Shown in pieces: positions 1 through 12,000 of a stretch of 64,000 nt of DNA. Both the position numbers and the translations under genes were made by a program. The stretch is taken from NCBI GenBank assembly GCA_951406725.2, contig OX597837.1, positions 46,934,001 to 46,998,000 on the forward strand. Direction: 5' to 3'. The DNA comes from Octopus vulgaris. Its lineage: Eukaryota. Positions within the stretch are counted from its first letter, which is position 1; the number at the start of each line of letters is the position of its first letter. Under the pieces are notes generated by a model that saw nothing but the letters and a program-made list of their open reading frames with translations, did not search any database and had not been told where the DNA came from.

Positions 1-356
1 TGAATATTTGGAATTTCATATATCTGGGGCCCAAAAGTAAGTGGGTCATGAAAGGCCCTTTATGTTTGTGTTGACCTACTTACTTCTTTCCAAAGCAATT
101 AAGTGTTGCAAATCAGACCAAATGCACCAAAAAGAAGCTTTTTTATATGGTTACTTTACTTGTTAGAAATGGTAACCAAAGCTCTTTAAAATCACATTTT
201 ACTGTGTTTTTTTAAGAATTCATTTGGGTAGATATAATCCAGATTACACTATGTCTGATAAAAGGTGGAATGTCATGGTTCAGGTCTCTTGATCACATGT
301 TTGCTCAATTATGACTAGCTTTGGATTGAAAAAAAAAACAGTACTATAGACAGTAA

Positions 357-760
357 GCACAGGTGTGGCTGTGTGGAAAGTAGTTTGCTTCTTAACCACA
401 TGGTTCCAGGTTCAGTCCCACTGTATGGCACCTTGGGAAAGTGTTTTCTACTATAGCTAGGACTGACCAAAGCCTTGTGATTGGATTTGGACGATGGAAA
501 CTGATAAAAGCCCAACCCACACACAATGTGCGTGTGTGTGTGTGTCCTTATGTCTGTGTTTGTCCCCAACCACCACTTGACAACCGGTGTTGGTGTGTTT
601 ACATCTTCATAAATTAGTGGCTTGGCAATAAGAGACTGGTAGAATAAGTACTAAGCTTTAAAAAAATAAGTCTTGTGGTCAATTTGTTCCACTAAAATAC
701 TTCAAGGTGGTGCTCCAGCATGGCCGCAGTCAAATGACTGAAATCAGTAAAAGATGAAAA
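357..760 (+). mobile_element. tRNA-derived SINE, family A (octopus OK/OR-type), near full length
   Basis: A-box-like GTGGCTGTGTGG and B-box-like GGTTCAGTCCC head, an internal microsatellite, and a 3' end GCTCCAGCATGGCCGCAGTCAAATGACTGAAA. The same sequence recurs at 29613 and 45943. Confidence 0.85.
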
Positions 761-993
761 ATATGGTGACAGCAACAACAATGATAACAAATACAACACT
801 TAACCAAAATTTAGGCAGAAAGACAGAAAGAGACAAAAAGCGTGAATCTGGCAGACAAAGAATAATCTCCAAGACTTCATAAACAGTTCAGAATGGCAGG
901 AAAGTGGCGGCAGTTTCTATGAATTCTGTAATTCTTGTGTTTATGACCAAACCATTTATCTGAGCGGGGACTAGAAAACTTTCTTTTTATAAA

Positions 994-1330
994 TCATCAT
1001 CATCATCATCATCGTTTAACGTCCGCTTTCCATGCTAGCACAGGTTGGACAGTTCAACCAGGGTCTGGGAAGCCAGAAGGCTGCACCAGGCTCCAGTCTG
1101 ATCTGGCAGCATTTCTACAGCTGGATGCCCTTCCTAACGCCAACCACTCCGTGAGTGTAGTGGGTGCTTTTTACATACCACCGGCACAGGTGCCAGGTGA
1201 GCCGGGCAACAGCCATGATCGGTTGAAGCTTTTTACATGCCGCCGGCAGGGAGGCCAGTCGAGGTGGCGCTGGCAACGGCCACGTTCGGATGGTTCTTTT
1301 ACATGCCACCAGCACTGGTATCACAAAGAC
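994..1330 (-). mobile_element. SINE-like repeat, family C, with (GAT)n tail (RTE-related)
   Basis: Shares GTTGGCGTTAGGAAGGGCATCCAGCTGTAG...GCATGGAAAGCGGACGTTAAAC(GAT)n with the copies at 4155, 6116 and 7957. Confidence 0.75.
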
Positions 1331-1346
1331 TGAAAATTCTTTGTGC

Positions 1347-1382
<36 letters not shown>

Positions 1383-2615
1383 GTAAACAGAAATAACTAA
1401 AGCATAAGAGAGGAAAAACTAAGGAAAGAAGGGACTGACTTAAGAAGGGGATTAATCAAATGAAAAAAGTGAATGCAAAGAAGCTGAGTGAATTCTGCTG
1501 AAGGAACCCGAAGACCGTGTGGTGCTGTGAAGCTGGGGGGATAGGATAAAGTTTACCACCCCTGTAAGCTTATGGTAAAATTTGAACTCAGAATGCAAAG
1601 AGCCAGAAGTAATGTCTTATTCTAACTATTCTGGCTGACCTCAACCCTAGGCCGATACTGTATTTATCAACCTTTGGAAAGATGAAGAGCAACATTGACC
1701 TTGACCAGATTTGAACTCAGAATCACATAAGATATTTTGTCCACTGCTCTAATGGCTCTGCCACCAATTGGCTCCATTGGCAGGGGATCAATGGTCAAGT
1801 GAAGTGACACTGGGATGGATGGATTAGTGATGAGTTAAACAATTGTGGTAGGCGGTAGGGAGGCAAGGCCAAAGGAATGAAACTCATGGTGTTGTGTGGG
1901 GTATAAACAAACATGCCAACTTTCTCAGCTGCCCCTTTTACATATGACTTGGTAGCAGTTTTATGTGCTGGTGTAGTCACAAGAAGGCACCACCCCTGGT
2001 GTTCTTGGCTCCCTGCTCACCACTCTCAGGGTAGAGATAGTTAGTGTGAGCCCTGTGAATCAGAGTGGCTCTTCTAGTGGCACATCTCCCTCACCATCCT
2101 CCATGGTAATACCTTTTCCATTTTGTCTGCTGGGGCCATGAAGTGGTCTGAATTTACAAGAAGTTGAGAGAATAGAATTTCATAGCTTGCTACCAGCAGT
2201 TGGTCAGTATTTCAATGAAACACAATGCCCCCAGCCACCACCACCACCACCACCATCACCACTATTATTACCTGCTTCCCTGCATCTTGTTGTGTTTCCT
2301 CAGGCAATATGTAAATATTGTCTCCATAAGTTTAAAATCCTTGGCTTCAAGAACATCCTGTCTACCTGTCATGGCCTGAACTTAGTCGTAGTCACTGAAC
2401 TTATCAGAGCGTGTTGTTATACTTGAAGGGCTGTTAGCAAAAACTGCTTTGAATGTGTAGCTGTAGGGGGAGTGGTAAGTTTGGTACTGTGAAAGGGATT
2501 GTTGTTTGAAAGGGAGTTTGAAAGAGATCGGCATTTCATTTCTTTGTTCTGCTCATTTGTTCTTAATACTTGGTTACGCATATGATTTTCATTAGCTGAC
2601 TTTCAAGATTCAGTA

Positions 2616-2687
<72 letters not shown>

Positions 2688-3570
2688 ACTTCAGCTTTAT
2701 AGATATAGATTCACAGTTAATATAAGGCAGCTATGATATAGTACAGTCATTGATGAAATATGGTTACAGTACTTCACTGTAAAACACTGCAATCTTCTCA
2801 TCAGGGAAAGAAAAAGAAACAAAATGCATCAATAAGACATTTTAACTGAATGTGATTACTGCAAATAGGATGAAGGGAAGAGTAGTAAGTTATTTAAAAA
2901 AAAAAACAATTTATTGATATAAAGTGAAATGCAATTTACAGAAAGTGGAGGAAGAAGAAAGAAATTTCAGAAACCTAAAAGTGGAGAAATGTAGTGCAAG
3001 AGGTGAAGAGGAATACAGAAATATACTTAGCGGTAGAGAAATGCCAGAAGGTAGTTTAAGGTCGAATTTTATAGACTGGTAGAAATTTCTTAAAGGAACT
3101 AAAAGTATATTTTTGCCAATATTTGCAATGATAAACGTGTTCTTTAAATGTATTTACAAGAGGATTCTATGAGAACAGGATGAAATACAGTTCATCGTTA
3201 TAGAGTGAACAAAAAAATGTACCTTTATCATAAAGAAAGGAACTAGATAGAATATTTCATTCCAAATCAAATTCTTTATCATGTTCCTTTAAAGACCAAA
3301 TCAATTTACTAAGCCCAGTATTGTTGCGTTCCCTTCATCCCAGATGCAGGAATCATATTTGGTTAAAATGTCTTATTGATGCTTTTTGTTTCTTTTTTTT
3401 TTCCCTGATGAGAAGATTGCAGTGTTTTACATCACTTTATTCCTTCTGGAATAATACCAATGTTTTCTTTGGAACATATGTTGGAAGTTTTATCTCCATT
3501 TATTATATGTATATATATCTGTGTGTGTGTATGTATATTTATCTAATATATGTATTTATTTATCTTTTAG

Positions 3571-3888
3571 GAACTCATTGGATGTGGGAAGTGACCAGTA
3601 TGATTTTAAGGAGGAAAGCTGAAAGAATCGGTGGTGTCAAAGAGGAAATGATGCTGGAAGTTATTCCCCAGCCACAATTGGAAAACATAGAGTCACCACG
3701 AGTGCTCAATACTCACATTTTGCCAAGTGTCCTCCCTTCAGACGTAATATCTGAAGGCAAAATTATATTGATGATGCGTAACCCCAAGGATGTTGCTGTT
3801 TCTGCTTACAGGCAATTAACCGGTTCAATTTATAATACGTACGAAGGAAGTTTTTCGAATTTCTTCAATTTGTTTATAAAGGGTCAAG
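3571..3888 (+). CDS. Cytosolic sulfotransferase (SULT family), internal coding exon (first exon visible in the window)
   Basis: Acceptor tatcttttag| and donor caag|gtgaat. Encodes (G)THWMWEV (end of the 5'-PSB loop PKSGTxW), PRVLNTH (catalytic His) and RNPKDVAVS (3'-phosphate-binding motif). Phase 1 at both ends. The N-terminal exon(s) were not found in the window. Confidence 0.93.
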
Positions 3889-4087
3889 GTGAATATAACA
3901 CATTATTTATGTTTAAACAAACATTTTACCCACTAAAAACACTCCATCATAGGTTGTCAGGTCTCCTGCAGCACTACACATCAACAATCCAATCCAATCC
4001 TTTCTCCTCTCCTCAGTGAGATGCAACAAATTCAGCTCAGCTTTCATCATGTCATTCCAAATTTTCCAAGAGTTTCATTGCTTGGAG

Positions 4088-4144
<57 letters not shown>

Positions 4145-4154
4145 ATATGTATTT

Positions 4155-4486
4155 GAGGAGACCTATTGAGTCAAGTACATCAACATCAAAATAAATATCA
4201 AATGGAAATTGTAGTTGTGATACCTGTGCTGGTGGGACGTAAAAAGCACCATCCAAACATGGTCGATGCCAGCGCTGCCTTGACTGGCTTCTGTGCCGGT
4301 GGCATGTAAAAAGCACCCACTACAGTCACGTAGTGGTTGGCGTTAGGAAGGGCATCCAGCTGTAGAAACACTGCCAGATCAAGATTGGAGCCTGGTGCAG
4401 CCTACATGGCTTACAAGACCCCGGTTGAACCGTCCAACCCATGCTTGCATGGAAAACGGACGTTAAATGATGATGATGATGATGAT
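4155..4486 (+). mobile_element. SINE-like repeat, family C, (GAT)n tail
   Basis: Same core and GGACGTTAAATGATGATG tail as 994-1330, in the opposite orientation. Confidence 0.75.
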
Positions 4487-4487
4487 A

Positions 4488-4560
<73 letters not shown>

Positions 4561-5034
4561 CACACACATACATCTCTTCTAAACTGCATCCTTCTCTTCT
4601 TCACATTTCCTCTCCATACACTATGATCATCTCCCACTCACCTTCCCTACACTCACTGCCCTACTCACTGTATCGCTGCACCCCCCCCCTTTTTTTACAC
4701 CAAGTTTTTGCCAGTCACTGCATTCCCCACTCCCTACTTGCACCGTCTAGGCAATACCTGACTGCATATATTTTATGACCTCCATACCTTGTAGGGCATG
4801 TCCTTGTAATTCCCACCATTTATCTCTCCCTTCCTTACGCTACCATCCCTGTCTATGCTCTGATCCCTGTTACTTGTGAGTGCACCCTAGCACTTCACCA
4901 CAATCTCTCTCCTGCTCTCTCTTGCACTTTTACTGTTTCCCACTCTTTCTCTCTCTCTATCCCTTGCTCTTCCCTCTGGGTGGGTAGCCATGTGTCTCTT
5001 CTACAGCAGCTCACCTGCTTCTGCCCTCATTCTT

Positions 5035-5071
<37 letters not shown>

Positions 5072-5173
5072 GCTCTTCCCTCTGGCCTGGTAACCAAGTA
5101 TCCCCTTCACATCAGTGTGTTTGATAAAGTTATAGCTTTATAACATCTGTTCAGAGTTGCCTCTTTTAGGTAA

Positions 5174-5220
5174 TTCCCATTGATAAAAGCTAAGGAGCTA
5201 GAAACATCGATGTCTGGGAA
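5174..5220 (+). ncRNA. Type I hammerhead ribozyme motif (variant or degenerate), Penelope-associated
   Basis: UUCCCA-UUGAUAA-A-AGCU(AAGG)AGCU-A-GAAA-CAUCGAUG-UC|UGGGAA. Stem I is UUCCCA/UGGGAA, stem II is AGCU/AGCU, stem III is the palindrome ACAUCGAUGU, and the cleavage triplet is GUC at 5212-5214. Confidence 0.65.
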
Positions 5221-6115
5221 ACCTGATAGATAGGGACACTGAACAGATATGATGTTTTAACACCATTTTACCATATGAGAAAATTTTCTCTCCAGTAACT
5301 GCAGTGAATTTGTCTTTTAGCAATTGAACTATGTCCCAAACATATTTTAACTAACCTAGATTTTCCATCCATCTATCTGTCCATCAGTCTGTCTGATGTA
5401 TATATACATAAATGCCCTTAATTTAGTTACCAATATTAGATTCCGTAAGGACCATAACTCCTTTCAATCTAAAGTGAAGTCTGATATTAAGTTCAAAAAA
5501 GAAGTTCGTATTTTCTGATAAAACTAAACTAATCCGTATGAAGTTACGAATAATTTATACAATTAGTTGCCAAAAGACATTTCTACTAAATAAAAAGCGA
5601 ACGTAGAAAAAAGATACTATGATGTTAATGTTGAGGCTAAATTCCTCACTAAACATAGTAATATTGGTGTTAGGTTAGAATGCTTAGCTAAGAGAGAGGC
5701 TTTTATTACGTTAAAAGACCATAAACCTAATTTTCATGATAATCCCACTTGTAGATTGTTAAACTCAGCGAGATCTGTATTTGGGCAAATAGCTAAAAAA
5801 TTTCTTAGAAACATTGAAATTAGAGAAATTCAACAGTGAAATAACAGTTTTACTGCAATAATTTTACTGTAATGTTTAAGAACATTATTAATAAAGATAT
5901 GGCTAAATTCATCCGCTTTGATATTATAGACTTTTATCCCTCCATATCTAGATACTGCTTGATAAAGCCATTGTGTTTGCTATACTATAGGTTGATATTG
6001 GCTTTATAGACTGTAGACCTAAAATTTATCAAGCGTGCGAGGAAAACACTTCTGTTCGGTTAAAGATTAGCATAGGTGAAAAGGTTGCATAATGATGAAC
6101 TGTTTGATGTATCTA

Positions 6116-6385
6116 TCGTTACCAGCATCGCCTTACTGGCACCTGTGCTGGTGGCATGTGCAAAAGATTTGAGTGAGATCATTGCCAGTACCGCCTGACT
6201 GGCACGTAAAAGCACCCACTACACTCTCGGAGTGGTTGGCATTAGGAAGGGCATCCAGCTGTAGAAACTCTGCCAGATCAAGATTGGAGCCTGGTGCAGC
6301 CATCTGGTTCGCCAGCCCTCAGTCAAAATCATCCAACCCATGCTAGCATGGAAAGCGGACGTTAAACGATGATGATGATGATGAT
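6116..6385 (+). mobile_element. SINE-like repeat, family C, inserted into the Penelope RT
   Basis: Family core plus (GAT)n tail; splits the RT motif FDVS|MGPYD. Confidence 0.8.
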
Positions 6386-7365
6386 GGGGCCATATGATAG
6401 TGCTGACATCTGTGATCTTGTGGGTTTGTTTATAATGAACACATTGAGATCTAAGTACCCATCTCATGATGTTGGTCTATACCAATATGATGGTTTTGGT
6501 ATTTCCCATGGGTGTGATGGTCACACCCTTGATAGATTTAAATAACAACTTATTTCTACCTTCAGCTAATTATGCTTTAAAATTACAGTAGTGACTAATC
6601 TGTCTAGACCTGAACTCCTCATCTAAGCATTTCCATAAGCCTGATGAGAACCTCTCATATAAACATAAACAGTCTTGTCACCCCCCCCCCCCTCCTTTAA
6701 TATTTAAAAATCTGATTGCTAATAATGGTAACAATGTGTCTAACCTGTCTTCCTCTTAAGAAATTTTTGAGAAAGCGGCCCCCTACAATGCCCTAGCCAA
6801 TAGTGGCTTCAAAGATAAATTAATATATAATCCCTCTAATATTAATTAGAATAATAATAATTGACTTAGTGGCATCAAAGATAAAGTAATAGATATGTCC
6901 TCTAATATTAATTAGAATAATAATATTAAGAGACTTAAAAATAGGCCAAGGGAAATTATTTGGTTTGCTTCTCCTTTTCCCTTAAAATAAAAACTAACAC
7001 AGGTAAAAGATTTCTGTCTCTCCGAGACAAACACTTTCCAGTAACGGGAAAATACTTTAATAGGCGTTCTGTGAAATGATCATAAAGCTGCTGCCCCAGT
7101 ACCAAAAGCCTAAACCCAATTGTAACAGTCATGCCCCAGGATCCTGTCCACTTGACTAATGATGTATGATTAGATCTGTCGTATATGAGGCAGAAGTCAC
7201 TGCAACTCTAAATCATATTACAACAGATAAGAAGAACTATATTGTGCTATATTGTAAAGGGAAATTTAAAAATCGCTTTACCAACCACATAACCTCCTTC
7301 TGCCATAAGGACAAAAGCAAGGATGGCTAACACCAGATGTGATGAAGTAGAAAACAATTAAGAAA

Positions 7366-7560
7366 TCTGTTGTGTCTGGGGAGAGTCATTTTCTTTTTGT
7401 GCCTTATTATGTAAGACACTCACTGGTAAAATTTCCACTTTTTTCTTATTTTTATGAAAGAAAAGAAAAAAAAGAAAAAAGAAAAAAGTTGAAATTTTAC
7501 CGGTGAGTGTGTTACATAATAAGGCACAAAAAGAAAATGACTCTCCCCAGACACAACAGA
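7366..7560. repeat. Fold-back inverted repeat (about 80-bp arms)
   Basis: TCTGTTGTGTCTGGGGAGAGTCATTTTCTTTTTGTGCCTTATTATGTAA... (from 7366) is the reverse complement of ...TTACATAATAAGGCACAAAAAGAAAATGACTCTCCCCAGACACAACAGA (to 7560), with few mismatches. Confidence 0.92.
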
Positions 7561-7956
7561 ATATGCTTCAACACACGAACTCATATAAAGAATCTTGCAA
7601 ACCAAATCCCAAAACGAAATTGAGAAATCTATATCTTGTTAATGGATCAAATAAATGTAGGCTATGTTTAGCTGAAAGAGCTCAGCTCCTGTTCAGATCT
7701 AAGATCCATAACTTTCTACTGAACTCTAGGTCAGACATTTTCAGTGGTTGCAAGCTTATGTATAAATATATGTTGAAGAATTGGAAAATTCTGTCCATTC
7801 CTAATAAACTTGAGATCTTTCCAGCTTTATAATTTAAGGTCTAAGGGAGATAACTCGTTTACCTTTTTTAAACTTTTTACTTTCTACATATTAATATTTC
7901 TAAGTCTCTGTAAAGGAGTCTACAGTAGCGGTATATATATATATATATATATATGT

Positions 7957-8280
7957 ATCATCGTTTAACGTCCACTCTCCATGCTAGCATGGGTTGGACA
8001 AATGACTGAGGACTGGCGAACCAGATGGCTGCACCAGGCTCCAGTCTGATCTGGCAGAGTTTCTACAGCTGGATGCCCTTCCTAACGCCAACCACTCCGA
8101 GTGTGTAGTGGGTGCTTTTACATGCCACCGGCACAGGGGCCAGTCAGGCGATGCTGGTAACGATTCTGCTCGAATGGTGTCTTTTATGTGCCATCGGTAC
8201 GGAGGCCAGATAGCTGCTCTGGCAATGATGACGCTCGGATGGTGCTCTTAATACCCTACTAGCACGGGGCTCGAGTGCCA
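7957..8280 (-). mobile_element. SINE-like repeat, family C
   Basis: CATCGTTTAACGTCC...CTGGATGCCCTTCCTAACGCCAACCACTCC, as in the 994-1330 copy. Confidence 0.75.
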
Positions 8281-8492
8281 TGGTTATAAACCATAAAAAG
8301 TTAGGAGATATTGAGAGCTGACTATATTTATTCAACCATTTGTCATCCTTAGGGTTTTACCCATTTTGTAGCCTTCTTTGTGTTGTGATAATTTCGGTGT
8401 GGAAGACACTATGCTTCCATATTTGCATCGATTTGTATCCTCTGCATTATGCAATACTATTGTATAATCACAAATCAATAAAAAAAATAATA

Positions 8493-8583
8493 AAAAGCTG
8501 CTGCCATCAGATTGCCAGGACAGATCAAAGTTGAAGTGTTGGTGTAACCATGATGTTCTGCTGATCTGATGGCAGCAGCTTTC
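8493..8583. repeat. About 90-nt hairpin (20-bp perfect basal stem)
   Basis: AAAAGCTGCTGCCATCAGAT ... ATCTGATGGCAGCAGCTTTT, with additional internal pairing CAGGACA/TGTTCTG. Confidence 0.8.
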
Positions 8584-9199
8584 TGTATCTGCACTGAATT
8601 TATTTGCATTAATTTCCCCGTTGAATTAATTTACACCAAACTTATTAAGATATGAACAAACCAAAGAGACACAACTCTTAATTTTCTTTTTCTTTTTTCT
8701 CTTCATTTTTTCCTTTTACATTCCTCTCATCCTTTCTTCATGTTTTCTTAAAGACTTCTGAACTTTCTCATTTTTTTTCAAAGACCAGCATCCTTTCTTG
8801 TTTTTTTTTCAAAAGAGACCATCTATGTCCCCTTCTCATACTTCCTGACTTTTTATAATTCCATTGATCAGATCTTCTGGATTTCTGCTGCATGGACACT
8901 CTACATGGCTCCTCTCTGGATTGGATTTCCGTGTGGACTGTTAGCCGAGACATTCAGAGGAGTTTTTGTGATAGTGACACAATTCTCTGAATCCAAAATG
9001 TTTGGCAGAAGAAACTGATAGAATAACTCCCAGACGTTGAAAGAAAAAACCAAAAAAAAAAACCCAAGACACATAAATACTGGAGTCAGTTTGTTTGCCT
9101 TGAAACCGTTGAAAGTGGTCGCCCAGAATTGCTGCAGTCCAGTGATGGAAACAGATAAAAGATAACAGATAATCATTGATTCAGAAATATAATTACTAT

Positions 9200-9722
9200 A
9201 CTATTTAAAACTGTATACAGCTATGGTACGACCACACTTGGAATTCGCATCATTAGTTTGGAACCCCTATCTTGCTCAGAACATTAACCTCCTGGAATCT
9301 GTCCAGAGACGTGCAACCAAACGCATACCCTCCATCAGACACCTACCATATTCTGAGCGCCTTGTTTCCCTGGGCATGGATTCACTGAAGCTCCGGCGTC
9401 TGGTGACGGACTTGGTAAACACCCACAAAGTTATCAACCACCTCACCAACAACAACACTGAACACCTTTTTGATCTCCATGTGTCTAAGAAAGTCAGAAA
9501 ACAACACAGCTCCCATGACTTTCGGAAACATTTTTTCACGCTCAGAGTTGCTGAAGCATGGAATAAACTGCCTGCGTCAGTTGTTGACTGCCATGACACT
9601 GCATCCTTTAAGGCCCTCATGCTTTCCGAAATCCGCCGAAACTACACCTGATTATATATACACTTTAGATGAGTTGTAGTGCACCTGAGCACTGTACACA
9701 ATTATTATTATTATTATTATTA
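9200..9722 (+). mobile_element. CR1/L2-clade LINE 3' end
   Basis: ORF 9223-9651 VRPHLEFASLVWNPY...LESVQRRATK...YSERL...LKLRR...FFTLRVAEAWNKLP, followed by an (ATT)n tail near 9700-9722. Confidence 0.9.
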
Positions 9723-10386
9723 TATACGTAAAATATCAAGGGAAACTGTGTGTGGTCACTTGATCTGTCCAAAATAGTGACCAAATCTCACACAAATTAC
9801 ATTTTCTCTTTTTAAAAAAATGAAGGATAGATTGGATAATGTTGTCCTGAATACATTGCATTTGTAGAATGATAGGATGGTTATAGCTGGAATACCTTTG
9901 ATTAGGGGTCTGCTTGACCATGACTGCTGATCTGGTCCCAGATAACAACCAATGATAAATGGGGTAACTTCATTGTACTTATTTCCTCAGTCTGCTAGAA
10001 ATGGAAGCTAAATCGAGGCTTAGATCACAGCATATTGTTTTTAAAGATAAAAGGAAGGCTACAAATATTAGATAACATAGTTCTAGACACACTCTAGAAA
10101 AGACAGGGTGGGCATGGTTGGAGCAGTTTTTATCACAAAATCAGCTCAGTCATGGCTGGCAACAATATACAGATTTAATAAAGCTAGATGTTTTCTATTT
10201 TCTTTACTATTTTTCATGGTTTTACTACGAAATTGAATTCTGATTACACAAAAAGACATTAAATTTCACTGCAAACAACAAGAAAAAAAATCAAAATGCA
10301 ACAAAAAATAAACAAGGACAAAATAACAATATTCTTCACCATTCATGTTGATTTGAAACCGTCATTTTTTTTTTGTCTCATTTCAG

Positions 10387-10484
10387 TGTTTTATGGTGAC
10401 TATTTTAAATATCATTTATCATGGTTAAAGGCTATTCAAGACAAACCTAATGTGTTAATCGTCTCTTATGAAGAAGCTTCTCAG
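10387..10484 (+). CDS. Sulfotransferase internal coding exon
   Basis: Acceptor ctcatttcag| and donor cag|gtaaga. Encodes (V)FYGDYFKYHLSW...NVLIVSYEEASQ, matching the SULT YGxWxxHxxxW and LxxxYEE motifs. Phase is compatible with both flanking exons. Confidence 0.92.
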
Positions 10485-10544
10485 GTAAGAAGAAATGTAA
10501 AGTCTCACAATTTAAATTTCAAATACATACTTAGATATATGTTG

Positions 10545-10760
10545 CTCAAATTTACAGAAAACAAAAGACAAAGACAGGTGTAGGAAGAACCAGCAGGTGT
10601 ATTAGTTTAACGCTCGGAAAGAAAGGAAAAGTCTTTGATATTTTGAGCCTATGCTCTTCAACAGAAAGGATTAAGAAGGGGAAAAAATAGAGAAAGAATG
10701 GGAAAAAAAACAGAGAGAGAAAAAAATGTGTAGAGATTAATGGTTCAACATAGTGAAATG
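10545..10760 (-). mobile_element. Short repeat carrying a hammerhead-like motif (family H), degenerate copy
   Basis: Minus strand reads CCUUUCUGUUGAAGAGCAUAGGCUCAAAAUAUCAAAGAC; homologous to the copies at 20245, 23160 and 52620. Confidence 0.65.
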
Positions 10761-10889
10761 GCCAGAAGCAAGAGGCTGAATGAAAGGGAGATGATGATGA
10801 TGGTGATGGTGGCAGTGGTGGTGGTGGTGGTGGTGGTGGTGGCGGCGGTGGTGGTGGTGGTGATGGTGGTGAAGTAAGGTAATGCAAGC

Positions 10890-11060
10890 ATGTGAATGTA
10901 TGTATGTATGTGGAAGGAATTTGTGGAAGGGGAAGACCCAGAAAAACATGGAACCAAGTATTGAAGGCCAATCTCAAAACGCTGAGCCTTATGAAGGGGG
11001 ATGACAGAGGACTGAGATATATGTGGCATTTTGCTGTATTGAAGATGACCATCACAACAG
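10890..11060 (+). mobile_element. RTE-clade LINE 3' fragment
   Basis: VEGICGRGRPRKTWNQVLKANLK matches the typical RTE C-terminal GxRxRGRPRKxW motif. Confidence 0.7.
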
Positions 11061-11859
11061 AATTGAGATCCTAAAACCAAGGTGCCATGTCAAAAGCATT
11101 GGTGTGGGTGCTGGTGCCATGTCAAAAGCAGAGGTGCTGGTGCCACATAAAAAGGACCCTGTAACACTGAAAGAAATCCAATTTCTATAAACCCCGTGCA
11201 TTTGCAATGTGAGGAGTTTAGAAGTTTTTTCACAGTGGCAGCATCTGTGATTGATCCTCGTACGATGAGAAATATTAATTCTAATACTGCTTGAAATGGT
11301 TTACTTGGATTCAGTGGCAAATTTCGGTAAACAACCACCAACATTGTTTAATGTAGAATCATTTACTGATTTGAAGCAAGATTTAGAGATTTGATTAATT
11401 TACACCGATTTGTCAGAAACAAAACACAGGGTTTGCTTGGTTGTTATCATTACCTCTTAACATTTGTGAATGTTTATTTGACCTAACAACCAGTGATATT
11501 GGTACAGACACAGAACTGAAATTTATTATAGATAAGCTTGATAAAGTTTACTTTTATGATAAGAATACGACTGTGTACAAGACATTCAAAAAGTTCAGTT
11601 CTTCAAGTCTGAATGACTTCCTCACCTGGTACAAGCTTAATTCCAGAAGTTTTGAGACCTTTTTTTAGGAGAGGCAGTTATAGCTGTCTTAGATTATTGC
11701 AGTTTTAGAATATCATTATTATGCATCTTATAAGCTGAGATGCCAACTTTTGTTATTCCAGATTGAAGGATATGGCTGTTATAGTACTTTAAACAGACCC
11801 TGCTAAAACGCTGTTTGTCATAACTGATTAGTTTGCAGAATGCAGTCGGAACAAGGAAA

Positions 11860-12000
11860 GAATTTGGAAGCTTGCTATGGATGAAAGTTTTGTATTAAAC
11901 TCGGTAAAAAACACTACAGAAACTTAGGAATATTCCGTACTGTTTATAGATTAAATTGTATGAGGTGAACATCTGCGTTTCACTGGCACAAGAGGTCAGT
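11860..12000 (+). mobile_element. Mariner transposase N-terminal remnant
   Basis: KFCIKLGK...SAFHWHKR resembles the mariner HTH region IKFCVKLGKSATET...VFEWHKRF. Confidence 0.55.

Larger units (their letters stand above)
5420..7832 (+). mobile_element. Decayed Penelope-like retroelement (Naiad-type RT + C-terminal GIY-YIG), interrupted by two insertions
   Basis: Frameshifted remnants: FITLKDHKPNFHDNPTCRLLNS (about 5700), FDIIDFYPSI (about 5920), FDVS/MGPYDSADICDLVGLFIM (6103-6440), SVVYEAEVT...FKNRFTNHITSF (about 7175-7300) and CRLCLAE...LLNSRSDIFSGCK (ORF 7503-7832). Confidence 0.8.

Noticed and set aside
3321-4019. 232-aa ORF as a single-exon gene
   Set aside because: Only 3571-3888 has sulfotransferase motifs and splice sites; the flanks are intronic read-through.
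11380-11700. Possible LTR-retrotransposon gag remnant (LSLP...IIDKLDKVYFYDK..VYKTFKKF)
   Set aside because: The resemblance is weak and cannot be confirmed without a profile search.
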